DNA of 64,000 bases, taken from Candidatus Omnitrophota bacterium (GTDB lineage Bacteria; Omnitrophota; Gorgyraeia; JABMRG01). Within the stretch, counting starts at the first letter, position 1, and each line of letters begins with the position of its first letter. The stretch lies in the NCBI GenBank assembly GCA_042577545.1, contig JBHPDT010000002.1, positions 1,574 through 65,573 on the forward strand, read 5' to 3'. The notes under the pieces were generated by a model that was not told the DNA's origin, searched no databases, and was given only the letters and a program-made list of their open reading frames with translations. A program made the position numbers and the translations under genes. Positions 19,901-27,556 of the stretch are shown here, piece by piece.

Positions 19901-21534
19901 ATGGAGTCTATGGCAGGGTTGGTCACCTGGGCGAATAGCTGTTTAAAATAGCTATAGAGAATCTGGGGCTTTTTTGATAAAAAGGCATGGGGTATATCAC
20001 TGCCCATTGAGCCCACAGGCTCTTTGCCTTCCTGCGCCATCGGCTTGATAATCATATTAAGGTCTTCGCGCGAGTAACCAAAGGCCTTGAGAAGAGAGGT
20101 AATATCCTCAGATCTCTTATTGGCGCCTGCTGCGCTGATAAGCTTATCCAGGTCGACAATGTTCTTCTCATTCCATTCTCCGTATGGATAGCGGGCAGAT
20201 GCCCCCTTTTTTATCTCACTGTCTTCTATTATGCCTCCTGATTCGGTATCGATTAAAAAGATCTTGCCAGGTTCAAGCCTCCCGGAAATCTTGATATTTG
20301 CGGGATCTATATCAAGAACGCCAACCTCAGAGGCCATAACCACAAAATCGTCCTTAGTCACAATGTAGCGAGCCGGACGCAGACCGTTTCTGTCAAGTAC
20401 CGCACCAATATTCTTTCCGTCAGTAAAAGCTATAGCAGCTGGTCCATCCCACGGCTCCATGAAACAGGCGTGATATTTGTAAAAATCCTTGAGCTCTTTG
20501 CTCATAAAACTATTATGCTCCCAAGCCGCTGGAATAAGCATCATCATAGCGTGCTCAATTGATCTGCCGGATAAGACCAGAAGCTCTAAGACGTTATCAA
20601 TGACAGCTGAATCACTTCCTCCTTCAACAATAACAGGTTTTAGCTTTTCCATGTCTGTGCCAAATACTTCGCTTGTCATTATGCGCTCTCTGGCCCGCAC
20701 CCAATTTACATTGCCGCGCAATGTATTTATCTCCCCGTTATGGGCAAGAAAACGAAAAGGTTGAGCAAGATCCCATGTGGGAAAGGTATTGGTGCTGTAC
20801 CGAGAATGGACCAGGCAAAGAGAGCTCTGGATAGATTCATCCTTTAGGTCAGGAAAAAACTCCCTCAGTTGAGAGGGCATCAAAAGTCCCTTATAACTCA
20901 ACGTCCTGCAAGAGAGGTTTGTAATATAGAAAAAATATCTCTGCTCTATGGAAGATGACTTAACGCAATTTTCAATCTGTTTGCGAATAATATAAAGCTT
21001 TCTCTCAAATTGCAGCGTGTCTTTTAAGCCCTTACTTCTGCCTATGAATATCTGGCATATATACGGCATCATATCCCGCGCACCCTTACCGATGACCAAA
21101 CTGTTCACAGGAACTTTGCGCAAGCCCAAAAACTGCTGGCCTTCTTCATTGACGACCTTTCTAAACAGGTCTATGCAAGAGTTTCTATCTCTGTCATCTT
21201 GTGGAAGAAAAACCAATCCGGTTCCGTAAGATCCAGATTCGGGCAAGGAGATGTCTGCTTCTTTGCATTCTTTCAGCAAAAACTCATGCGGCATCTGGAT
21301 CAGTATGCCAGCGCCGTCTCCTGTCTGTGGATCAACCCCAACAGCGCCACGATGGCTTAGGCGCTCAAGCACCTCTATGCCTTTCTTTACTATATCGTAG
21401 GATCGCTTTGCGTTTATATTACAGACAAACCCGACACCGCAGCTATCATGCTCAAACCGCGGATCGTATAATCCCTGTTTTGTAGGTAAATGTTTGTATC
21501 TCATTTTGTATTCGTCATTGTAGCCCCGTATCAA
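16951..21534 (-). CDS. gltB: Glutamate synthase large subunit (amidotransferase, FMN, and C-terminal GXGXG domains)
   Basis: CGVGFV amidotransferase N-terminus, FMN/3Fe-4S central domain and C-terminal glycine-rich domain. The track start at 21534 is a TTG; the first ATG is at 21504. Confidence 0.9.
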   Translation of the reverse strand: MIRGYNDEYKMRYKHLPTKQGLYDPRFEHDSCGVGFVCNINAKRSYDIVKKGIEVLERLSHRGAVGVDPQTGDGAGILIQMPHEFLLKECKEADISLPESGSYGTGLVFLPQDDRDRNSCIDLFRKVVNEEGQQFLGLRKVPVNSLVIGKGARDMMPYICQIFIGRSKGLKDTLQFERKLYIIRKQIENCVKSSSIEQRYFFYITNLSCRTLSYKGLLMPSQLREFFPDLKDESIQSSLCLVHSRYSTNTFPTWDLAQPFRFLAHNGEINTLRGNVNWVRARERIMTSEVFGTDMEKLKPVIVEGGSDSAVIDNVLELLVLSGRSIEHAMMMLIPAAWEHNSFMSKELKDFYKYHACFMEPWDGPAAIAFTDGKNIGAVLDRNGLRPARYIVTKDDFVVMASEVGVLDIDPANIKISGRLEPGKIFLIDTESGGIIEDSEIKKGASARYPYGEWNEKNIVDLDKLISAAGANKRSEDITSLLKAFGYSREDLNMIIKPMAQEGKEPVGSMGSDIPHAFLSKKPQILYSYFKQLFAQVTNPAIDSIRERLVMSLESFIGPEKNILEETPEHSHKLRVRNPILTDEELEKIRDISINGFKTKTIYTFFDSQNGKEGFSRALERICFEAEYAIEQGYSFVILSDRGVDKDNIALPALLATSAVHQHLVRKTIRSEVAIIVESAEPREVHHFALLFGYGAGCVNPYLAHETIEYLIENKEIHLDLKSALKNFNKAIGDGILKILSKMGISTLRSYRGAQIFEALGLDDELIGRCFTGTISRIGGVSLEGIADETIKRHAKAYPEREGGTTCLTSGGVYQWKKDGEFHLWNPESIAALQDCARNNDYDRYREFSQMINDQSANPTTLRSLLRFKDVGDLPGKRQTISINEVEPVEDIMKRFATGAMSFGSISSPAHETIAIAMNRIGGKSNTGEGGEDPSRFIKLPNGDSRRSAIKQVASGRFGVTINYLVNADEIQIKIAQGAKPGEGGQLPGHKVSEIIARTRYTTQGVTLISPPPHHDIYSIEDLAQLIFDLKNANPQARVSVKLVSEAGVGTVAAGVAKGHADMILISGGDGGTGASPRSSIRYAGLPWELGLSETHQTLMLNNLRSRVRIQADGQMRTGRDIAIAALLGAEEYGFCTSVLITIGCVMLRHCHLNNCSIGVATQDKILQKRFKGRPEYIVNYFHFVAQELREIMASLGMRNINDMIGRTDLLEANSDIIPLKAKGIDYSKILYKPDLPEDVRRYCVSAQKNKLDSVFDKKLIGMCEAALNENKPTNISVEINNTNRTTGAMLSGEISRRCGDGVLLEDTICTKFRGIAGQSFGAFLAKGVTFELEGMANDYVGKGISGGKIIIYPDKKASYKPDENIIIGNTTFYGAISGEAYIRGIAGERFCIRNSGLYAVVEGLGDHGCEYMTGGRVIVLGKTGRNFAAGMSGGIAYVYDEGSAFKDRCNMDMVELEEAKEEDKDTIYHLLHNHFKYTQSEKARRIIDNMYEELKKFVKVIPIEYKRILEGIKVEEKLNLVEASDG

Positions 21535-21636
21535 ATTTTGCTTATTTTTGGTACTGCTTATAAATTTGGTTCGGGGGCTTGCCCCGTATCAAATTTTGCT
21601 TATTTTTGGTACTGCTTATAAATTTGGTTCGGGGTC
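21524..21636. repeat. Tandem duplication (2 x ~57 bp) of a P-family hairpin element CCCCGTATCAAATTTTGCT...TAAATTTGGTTCGGGG
   Basis: Two near-identical units read directly. The first unit overlaps the gltB start codon region. Confidence 0.7.
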
Positions 21637-21868
21637 ATCCTTTAAATCTTCCTACATTAATATGGAGTCGCCTTATCTTAGTATGCAGTGTATTTCGATT
21701 TATACCGAGAACCCTGGCCGCAATTATCTGATTGCCGCATGAATGTTGTAGCGCCTTCTCAATAAGCTCTTTTTCGACGTGTTCGATTACTTTAGCATAT
21801 ATCCGACCTCTGTTCAATGTAAAAAAAGTATCATCTATAAAGCTGTTATTTTCTGAAATCATTGTCAA
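21635..21868 (-). CDS. Stand-alone Fis-family HTH DNA-binding protein (NtrC C-terminal-type HTH_8)
   Basis: C-terminal GNQIIAARVLGINRNTLHTKIRRLHI closely matches the Fis/NtrC HTH (GNQ...AA..LGI.R.TL..K). It is 77 aa with no AAA+ domain. Confidence 0.55.
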   Translation of the reverse strand: MTMISENNSFIDDTFFTLNRGRIYAKVIEHVEKELIEKALQHSCGNQIIAARVLGINRNTLHTKIRRLHINVGRFKG

Positions 21869-21957
21869 ACTCCAGATCGCTCTGATTAAAAAACTGAGAG
21901 ATTGTTCCAGGTCCTTCGATTGATATATGTTTTATAATGAGTATCATGGCATAGAAA

Positions 21958-22122
21958 GTAACCAGTAGATTTGAGTAACCAGAAACCTGTAACCAGTAAC
22001 CAGAAGATTCCGTATATCAGGAAGAATCGATCTGGTTTCTGGCAACTGGTTTCTGGTAACTCATGTATAAGAGCATGTTGTCAGATTGATCTGGTTTCTG
22101 GTAACTGGTTTCTGGTTACTTT
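21958..22122. repeat. W-family palindromic repeats (GTAACCAGAAACC / GGTTTCTGGTTAC), multiple units
   Basis: Read directly from the sequence. The same motif family occurs at 59256..59338. Confidence 0.6.
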
Positions 22123-22123
22123 G

Positions 22124-23656
22124 TTATGTAATCGCTAAGTATTTATCCAACTCACACTCAGGGACCTGAATTCTATACTCATTCCATTCCTTCTTCTTCA
22201 ACTCGATAAACCTTGAGAAGATGTGATCACCTAGAGTCCTCTTGACTAAGCTGCTCTTCTCTGTAATTGATATAGCATGACCAAGGCTATCAGGAAGCGT
22301 ATCTATGCCCTGTTTTTTCCTCTCAGAATCTGTCAGATGATATAGATTTGTCTCCATAGCCTTAGGAGCTTTATACTTCTTCTCAATACCATCAAGCCCT
22401 GCTTGAAGCATAGCCGCAAATGTCAGATATGGATTACATGCTGGATCTGCTGCTCTGAATTCGCATCTAGTCGCCTTTTCCTGACCTGGGTGATATAAAG
22501 GAACTCTGACTAAAGCGCTCCTATTTCTTCTTGACCAAGCTATATATACAGGGGCCTCATACCCAGGAACTAATCTCTTATAAGAGTTTGTTGTCTGAGC
22601 GAATATGGAGCAGATCTCTTTTGAGTGCTTCAATAATCCCGCGATATACTGGCGCGCGGTATCAGATAGAAAATCACTAGACTTTGGATCATGAAACGCG
22701 TTCTTATCTCCCTTAAAGAGAGACTGGTGTGTATGCATGCCAGAACCATTCTGACCAAAAATAGGCTTAGGCATGAATGTAGCATATACTCCAAACTTGC
22801 TCGCTATCTCCTTTACAACAACTCTATATGTAATCACATCATCTGCCATCTTTAAGGCATCATCATAACGCATATCTACCTCATGCTGTGATGGAGCAAC
22901 CTCATGATGGGAATATTCAACATGTATACCCATCTGCTCAAGAGCAAGTACTGTCTCGCGCCTGAGATCGCTGGCAACATCAAGTGTTGTAAGATCAAAG
23001 TAGCCGCCCTTATCGAGAATCTCCGTACCTTCATCATTCTTAAAATAGAAGAACTCTAGTTCAGGACCAAGATAAAAGTGGTCAAACCCCATCTTTTTGG
23101 CTCTCTGTAGAGCTCTCTTTAAGACATAACGAGGATCACCTTCATATGGTTTCCTGTCCGGTGTAAGGATATCGCAGATCATCCTAGCTACCGCCTTCTC
23201 CTTAGGTCTCCACGGAAGCAGAGAAAACGTATTAGGATCTGGCATAGCTATCATATCTGATTCTTCAATATCCTGATAACCTGTTATTGAAGAACCATCA
23301 AATCCCATTCCATTCTCAAGAGCGTTCTTGAGCTCTACGTCTGTAATTGAAAAACTCTTTACCTGCCCCAAGAGATCTGTAAACCAGAGACGAATAAACT
23401 TAACATCATTATCCTTTACTAGTTTAAGCACGTCCTCTTTTGTCTTTCTTCCCTTGGTGCCCTTTGCGCTGACCTTCGTCGGTCTTTTTGCTGTTGCTAC
23501 TGGTGTCATTTTTGTACCCTCACTTTCTTTTTTTGCCCAATAAAATACAAAACGCCCAACATCATCTACTATGACATTGAACGTCCTCGTTCCTATGCTA
23601 TTTTTGCACAAACCTTGTGCTTTATTGCTTACACTTCTCTGGTATCTTGTATTCAT
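22124..23656 (-). CDS. glnA: Glutamine synthetase copy 2 with a ~70-aa basic N-terminal extension
   Basis: GS domains conserved from KEDVLKLVKDNDVKFIRLWFTD onward. The extension contains TPVATAKRPTKVSAKGTKGRKTK. An alternative start at the internal Met (MTPVATAK) is possible. Confidence 0.85.
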   Translation of the reverse strand: MNTRYQRSVSNKAQGLCKNSIGTRTFNVIVDDVGRFVFYWAKKESEGTKMTPVATAKRPTKVSAKGTKGRKTKEDVLKLVKDNDVKFIRLWFTDLLGQVKSFSITDVELKNALENGMGFDGSSITGYQDIEESDMIAMPDPNTFSLLPWRPKEKAVARMICDILTPDRKPYEGDPRYVLKRALQRAKKMGFDHFYLGPELEFFYFKNDEGTEILDKGGYFDLTTLDVASDLRRETVLALEQMGIHVEYSHHEVAPSQHEVDMRYDDALKMADDVITYRVVVKEIASKFGVYATFMPKPIFGQNGSGMHTHQSLFKGDKNAFHDPKSSDFLSDTARQYIAGLLKHSKEICSIFAQTTNSYKRLVPGYEAPVYIAWSRRNRSALVRVPLYHPGQEKATRCEFRAADPACNPYLTFAAMLQAGLDGIEKKYKAPKAMETNLYHLTDSERKKQGIDTLPDSLGHAISITEKSSLVKRTLGDHIFSRFIELKKKEWNEYRIQVPECELDKYLAIT

Positions 23657-23688
23657 AAGTAGAAATCCACCTATCTTGGTAACCCTAT

Positions 23689-24030
23689 TTAGCCTATTGC
23701 CTCATTTCCGCGTTCACCAGTTCTTATGCGTATACATTCAGGCAGATCGAGCACAAAGATCTTGCCATCCCCTATCTTTCCTGTCTTTGCTCCACTGATT
23801 ATAGCATTTATCGTTGGTTCGACGTAATCCTCATTAATCGCTATCTCAAGTTTTACCTTCTTCAGCAGGTTTATATCATGTATAACGCCTCTGTAGGTCT
23901 CTGTAAATCCTTTTTGTTGTCCACATCCAAGAGCATTTGTTACAGTCATCTTATAGACTTGCGCATCATATAAGGCTTTTTTGACGTCAGGCAGCTTGTG
24001 TGGCTGTATCATTGCAATTATTAATTTCAT
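23689..24030 (-). CDS. glnK: PII nitrogen regulatory protein
   Basis: 112-aa PII family protein with a T-loop region (TETYRGV). It lies between amtB and glnA. Confidence 0.85.
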   Translation of the reverse strand: MKLIIAMIQPHKLPDVKKALYDAQVYKMTVTNALGCGQQKGFTETYRGVIHDINLLKKVKLEIAINEDYVEPTINAIISGAKTGKIGDGKIFVLDLPECIRIRTGERGNEAIG

Positions 24031-24055
24031 TTTATCTCCTCCAATCTCTATGCAA

Positions 24056-25312
24056 CTATTCTGTTATAAAGACCTGAAATCCAGCATAGGATTCCATGCC
24101 ATGCTCCCCTATGTCTAAGCCTTTGAGCTCTTCATCCCTTGAAACACGAAGCCCGATAGTAGAGTCGATAATCTTAAATACTATACCCATAGCTGCAAGG
24201 ATAAAGATTATGACCGATCCCACGCCCAAAAGCTGAATGAACAACTGCTTTAGACCTCCCCCATATAATAATCCATTATTCGCCACACCCAGTGATTTCA
24301 TGCCAAATATACCTATTGCTAATGTACCCCAGATACCATTCAATCCGTGGACTGGCACAGCACCAACAGGATCATCTATTCGTAGCTTATCGAGAAGCAC
24401 AACTCCAAGCACTACTATAATACCACCTACAGCGCCTATTATTATAGCAGCCCACGGCTCAACAAACGCACAAGGAGCGGTAATAGCGACAAGCCCTGCT
24501 AAAGCGCCATTCATAGCCATCGAAAGATCTGGTTTACCAAACATCTTCCAGACCGTTAGCATTGCCGTAATACCACCGATCGCGGCTGCTAAATTTGTAT
24601 TAATAGCAACCCTGGCAATCAGAGAACCATCTCCAACGCTTAGGGTTGAGCCTGGATTAAAACCAAACCAACCAAACCACAAGATGAATACACCTAAAGA
24701 TGCCAGAGGTATCGAATGCCCAGCTATAGCATTGGCACTTCCATCAGGATTATATTTTCCAATTCTAGGCTTAAGCATAATCGTGCCAATCAACGCTGCA
24801 AAACCACCTACAGCGTGAACAACAGTTGAGCCAGCAAAATCAGCAAATCCGAGATTAGCTAGCCATCCGCCTCCCCATATCCAGTGACCTACTATGGGGT
24901 ATATGAATGCGGATATTATAAATGAATATAATAGATATGCCTGAAACTTCATCCTCTCAGCCATACCACCTGCAACTATTGTTGCGGCTGCGCCGCAGAA
25001 CGCGGCCTGAAATAACCAGAACGCATGCAAGGGTATAGGTGCTGCAGATTCAGCACCCTTTAGAAAGAACCCTGTAAAACCCATGAATCCGTTACCTACG
25101 CCAAACATGATCGCATATCCAAATATAAAGAAACCTATAGACGCCATGCAAAAATCGAGGAAGTTCTTTGTAAGTATGTTACAAGTATTCTTCGATCGTA
25201 TAAATCCAGCCTCAACCATACCAAACCCAGCTTGCATAAAAAATACCAAAAATGCTGCTAAAAGAACCCAAAGTGTGTCTACGCCAACTGTTAATAATTT
25301 TATCGCCTCCAT
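24056..25312 (-). CDS. amtB: Ammonium transporter
   Basis: Amt/MEP family with 11 TM helices and conserved Amt motifs. Confidence 0.9.
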   Translation of the reverse strand: MEAIKLLTVGVDTLWVLLAAFLVFFMQAGFGMVEAGFIRSKNTCNILTKNFLDFCMASIGFFIFGYAIMFGVGNGFMGFTGFFLKGAESAAPIPLHAFWLFQAAFCGAAATIVAGGMAERMKFQAYLLYSFIISAFIYPIVGHWIWGGGWLANLGFADFAGSTVVHAVGGFAALIGTIMLKPRIGKYNPDGSANAIAGHSIPLASLGVFILWFGWFGFNPGSTLSVGDGSLIARVAINTNLAAAIGGITAMLTVWKMFGKPDLSMAMNGALAGLVAITAPCAFVEPWAAIIIGAVGGIIVVLGVVLLDKLRIDDPVGAVPVHGLNGIWGTLAIGIFGMKSLGVANNGLLYGGGLKQLFIQLLGVGSVIIFILAAMGIVFKIIDSTIGLRVSRDEELKGLDIGEHGMESYAGFQVFITE

Positions 25313-25336
25313 CTTAGTATGCCCCCTTTCTTTTTT

Positions 25337-26131
25337 TTAAAAACTGTAAGCTAAAACTCCACCAAAGTAAACCTCATCATCCTGATTGCCATCATTCGCA
25401 TCTTCAAGATCTCCAAAAGGAATAGAATAGCCCACTGTTGGAGCAATGGTGCATTTTTCGCTTAAAGCGATTGTTAATGCTGCCCCAAGCCCAACATCAC
25501 CACCACCATCTCCAACAATAAAGAGTTCATTGTTATATCCGACATGAGCACTTAAATCAAGACTTGCGGGTGTCTCCGGTATCGCATAGCTATAGCTAAG
25601 CTCACCGACAACATAATCTCCATCTCCTCCACCTGAATCCTCTTCACCAAAATCATGATACCAAGTAACTGAAGGTGATAGTATTACATCTAAAGCTGCT
25701 CCCACATAGAACTCACGACTTGCGAGATCAGCTGCGGGAAAATCATAGTAGGCAAACCCTCCTGATACTGTCAGCGGTACCTTCAAATATTCATTAAGAT
25801 CATGACTATATCCCACGACATAATCTACCTCATCCGAATTTAGGTCGTCATCAGCGTCAAAATCGAAACTAGACCATACACTGGCTTCAAAGCCCCAGCC
25901 GCTCAGATAGATCCCAGGCTGTATCACAGGATCATCATCAAGTTTAAAACCCCTCCACATGTATTTATCATAGACCGCTATATCAGAGGTCACCTCAATG
26001 GGTGTATCTGTAAGTAGCGGCTCTGTATCCTCATCTGATGCCATTAAGATACCCCTATTAACAATGGTTATGCAACATACAAGCGCCAACACCAACAACC
26101 CCCTTACCAACTTCTTCTGATTCTTATTCAT
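25337..26131 (-). CDS. Putative outer-membrane beta-barrel (porin-like) protein
   Basis: Signal peptide MNKNQKKLVRGLLVLALVCC, alternating amphipathic beta-strand pattern, acidic loops and a C-terminal AYSF aromatic terminus. The track ORF starts further upstream at 26194. Confidence 0.5.
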   Translation of the reverse strand: MNKNQKKLVRGLLVLALVCCITIVNRGILMASDEDTEPLLTDTPIEVTSDIAVYDKYMWRGFKLDDDPVIQPGIYLSGWGFEASVWSSFDFDADDDLNSDEVDYVVGYSHDLNEYLKVPLTVSGGFAYYDFPAADLASREFYVGAALDVILSPSVTWYHDFGEEDSGGGDGDYVVGELSYSYAIPETPASLDLSAHVGYNNELFIVGDGGGDVGLGAALTIALSEKCTIAPTVGYSIPFGDLEDANDGNQDDEVYFGGVLAYSF

Positions 26132-26182
26132 GTTTTTCTCCTTTACCCTTCGACGCGGCCAGCTTCGCTGGCCTTGCTCAGG

Positions 26183-26250
26183 GTTAATTCGCACAGCAAC
26201 TTATGTTCACTCACTTTGCTCGTTCCATAAGTTGCGTGCTCATTAAAAAA
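26183..26250. repeat. R-family palindromic repeat element (TTAATTCGCAC-hairpin-GTGCTCATTAAAAAA), copy R2
   Basis: Read directly from the sequence. Confidence 0.6.
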
Positions 26251-26287
26251 TCCGAATCTATCTGCCCCTTAGCAGATCGGATTCGGA
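26242..26287 (-). terminator. Hairpin (TCCGAATC...GATTCGGA) with flanking U-run, a candidate intrinsic terminator downstream of the sigma-like gene
   Basis: In minus-strand sense a stem-loop is followed by UUUUUUAAU. A T-run also follows on the plus strand, so it is possibly bidirectional. Confidence 0.4.
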
Positions 26288-26421
26288 CATCTCTGTCTTT
26301 TTTTTGCTTGCTATCCTAAGCAAGTCCTCTTACAACAAAAAAGGCGACTAATTAAATTAAACGCCTTTGTAGCTACACTTCAATGTGTCTTTAAAAAACT
26401 CAATTTCATAAGTAAAAAATC

Positions 26422-26934
26422 TTAATCTTGGTAACCCTTCTTCCAGCGATTAATGATAGATTTTTTATACTTTACGATCATAACATGTGATACACCTAGC
26501 TCCTTTGCCGCATCACGAGCTGTATAACCTTTTAATAGTAGTACTAGTACTTTCTTCTCTTTAGCGGTAAAGCCATTAGACATGATCTTCTCAAAGGTAA
26601 GACCCCTGTCAGCAACCCTATCGATATCCTCAGAATCACACACAAGGGTCTCGCCAAGGGTATATCCATAATCTCCAATAGGCAACTCTGTGCTCATGAG
26701 AATAGCTTTGTCTTTCTTCACACGAATATAGTTTAGGATATGGAATTCACAGCTCTTAGCAGCATAGGATTCATTCATATCCTCAGGTAGACCATCCTTA
26801 AAGCGCTCCCAAAGGTGAATGCACATCTCCTGATATATATCATCCTCATTAGCTAAGGCGCAGCGATTACCATATATCTTGGCGATCTTTCGCAATCTCG
26901 TATCTAGTCTTTTAAATAATTCGTTAAAGTTCAT
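26422..26934 (-). CDS. Sigma-70 family (ECF-like) sigma factor or sigma-like regulator
   Basis: Region-2-like N-terminus (DIYQEMCIHLWERF) and a region-4 HTH (LTAKEKKVLVLLLKGYTARDAAKELGVSHVMIVKYKKSI). Confidence 0.55.
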   Translation of the reverse strand: MNFNELFKRLDTRLRKIAKIYGNRCALANEDDIYQEMCIHLWERFKDGLPEDMNESYAAKSCEFHILNYIRVKKDKAILMSTELPIGDYGYTLGETLVCDSEDIDRVADRGLTFEKIMSNGFTAKEKKVLVLLLKGYTARDAAKELGVSHVMIVKYKKSIINRWKKGYQD

Positions 26935-26994
26935 TTCTACACCTATTTAATCCGCCTACGCCTTTAATACAGCCTTACAACTGTAAGGCTTCGG

Positions 26995-27058
26995 CGAGAT
27001 TAATTCGGCCATACTACTTACGTCACTTTGTTCCGTAAGTTGTGGCCTCATTAAAAAA
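26995..27058. repeat. R-family repeat, copy R3
   Basis: TAATTCGGCCATACTACTTACGTCACTTTGTTCCGTAAGTTGTGGCCTCATTAAAAAAA, preceded by the perfect hairpin AGCCTTACAACTGTAAGGCT at 26971..26990. Confidence 0.6.
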
Positions 27059-27115
27059 AGGCATCCTGAACCATTCTTTGGCTTTGGATACCTTCATTGG
27101 TATTATTCGCTTTAC

Positions 27116-27167
27116 CCCGAACCAAATTTACGATCACAGTTAGCACTAACAAAATTTGGTACGGGGT
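27116..27167. repeat. P-family hairpin element (CCCCGAACCAAATTT...AAAATTTGGTACGGGG)
   Basis: Read directly. Related to the tandem copies at 21524 and 44890. Confidence 0.6.
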
Positions 27168-27239
27168 TAATTCGCACTTATAACTTATGTCCACTTTGTG
27201 TGACATAAGTTATGTGCTCATTAAAAAAGACGCCCCGCT
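27166..27239. repeat. R-family repeat, copy R4
   Basis: GGTTAATTCGCACTTATAACTTATGTCCACTTTGTGTGACATAAGTTATGTGCTCATTAAAAAA. Confidence 0.65.
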
Positions 27240-27290
27240 CCGGACGCCTCATTGCTTTAGCACATACATTGTGCTTTTACCTTCAGCATA

Positions 27291-27318
27291 AGTATACCAT
27301 ATAATCCCGATTTGTCAA
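27291..27318 (-). promoter_or_regulatory. Sigma-70-type promoter TTGACA-16-TATACT, minus strand, reading toward the sigma-like gene
   Basis: Hexamers read directly. It lies immediately downstream of direct-repeat copy DR-left. Confidence 0.5.
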
Positions 27319-27327
27319 CCTCTTTTT

Positions 27328-27395
27328 CAGGGGTTCAGGGGACAGGGTTCAGGGGACAGAAAATTTACGCTAACCTCACCTCGTCATTGAGGAGG
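27328..27395. repeat. Direct repeat DR-left: (CAGGGGT)n followed by AAATTTACGCTAACCTCACCTCGTCAT
   Basis: Matches DR-right at 37611..37664 at about 85 percent identity. Confidence 0.7.
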
Positions 27396-27477
27396 CCGCA
27401 GGCCGACGTGGCAATCTCCATCCTGATATAGGCTACACCTTGATCAAAGGACAGGGATTGCTTCGCCCCTCACTTTC

Positions 27478-27513
27478 CGCCTATGGCGAGATCTCGCCGC
27501 CTTCGGCGGCGGA
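27478..27513. repeat. GC-rich nested-hairpin motif, copy B (CCGCCTATGGCGAGATCTCGCCGCCTTCGGCGGCGG)
   Basis: Shares GGCGAGATCTCGCC and its flanks with 12104..12139. Lies ~45 nt downstream of the giant ORF stop. Confidence 0.5.
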
Positions 27514-27556
27514 CGTTCGTGGCCCGCAATGACGGTAGTGTTATCTATATCAATTC

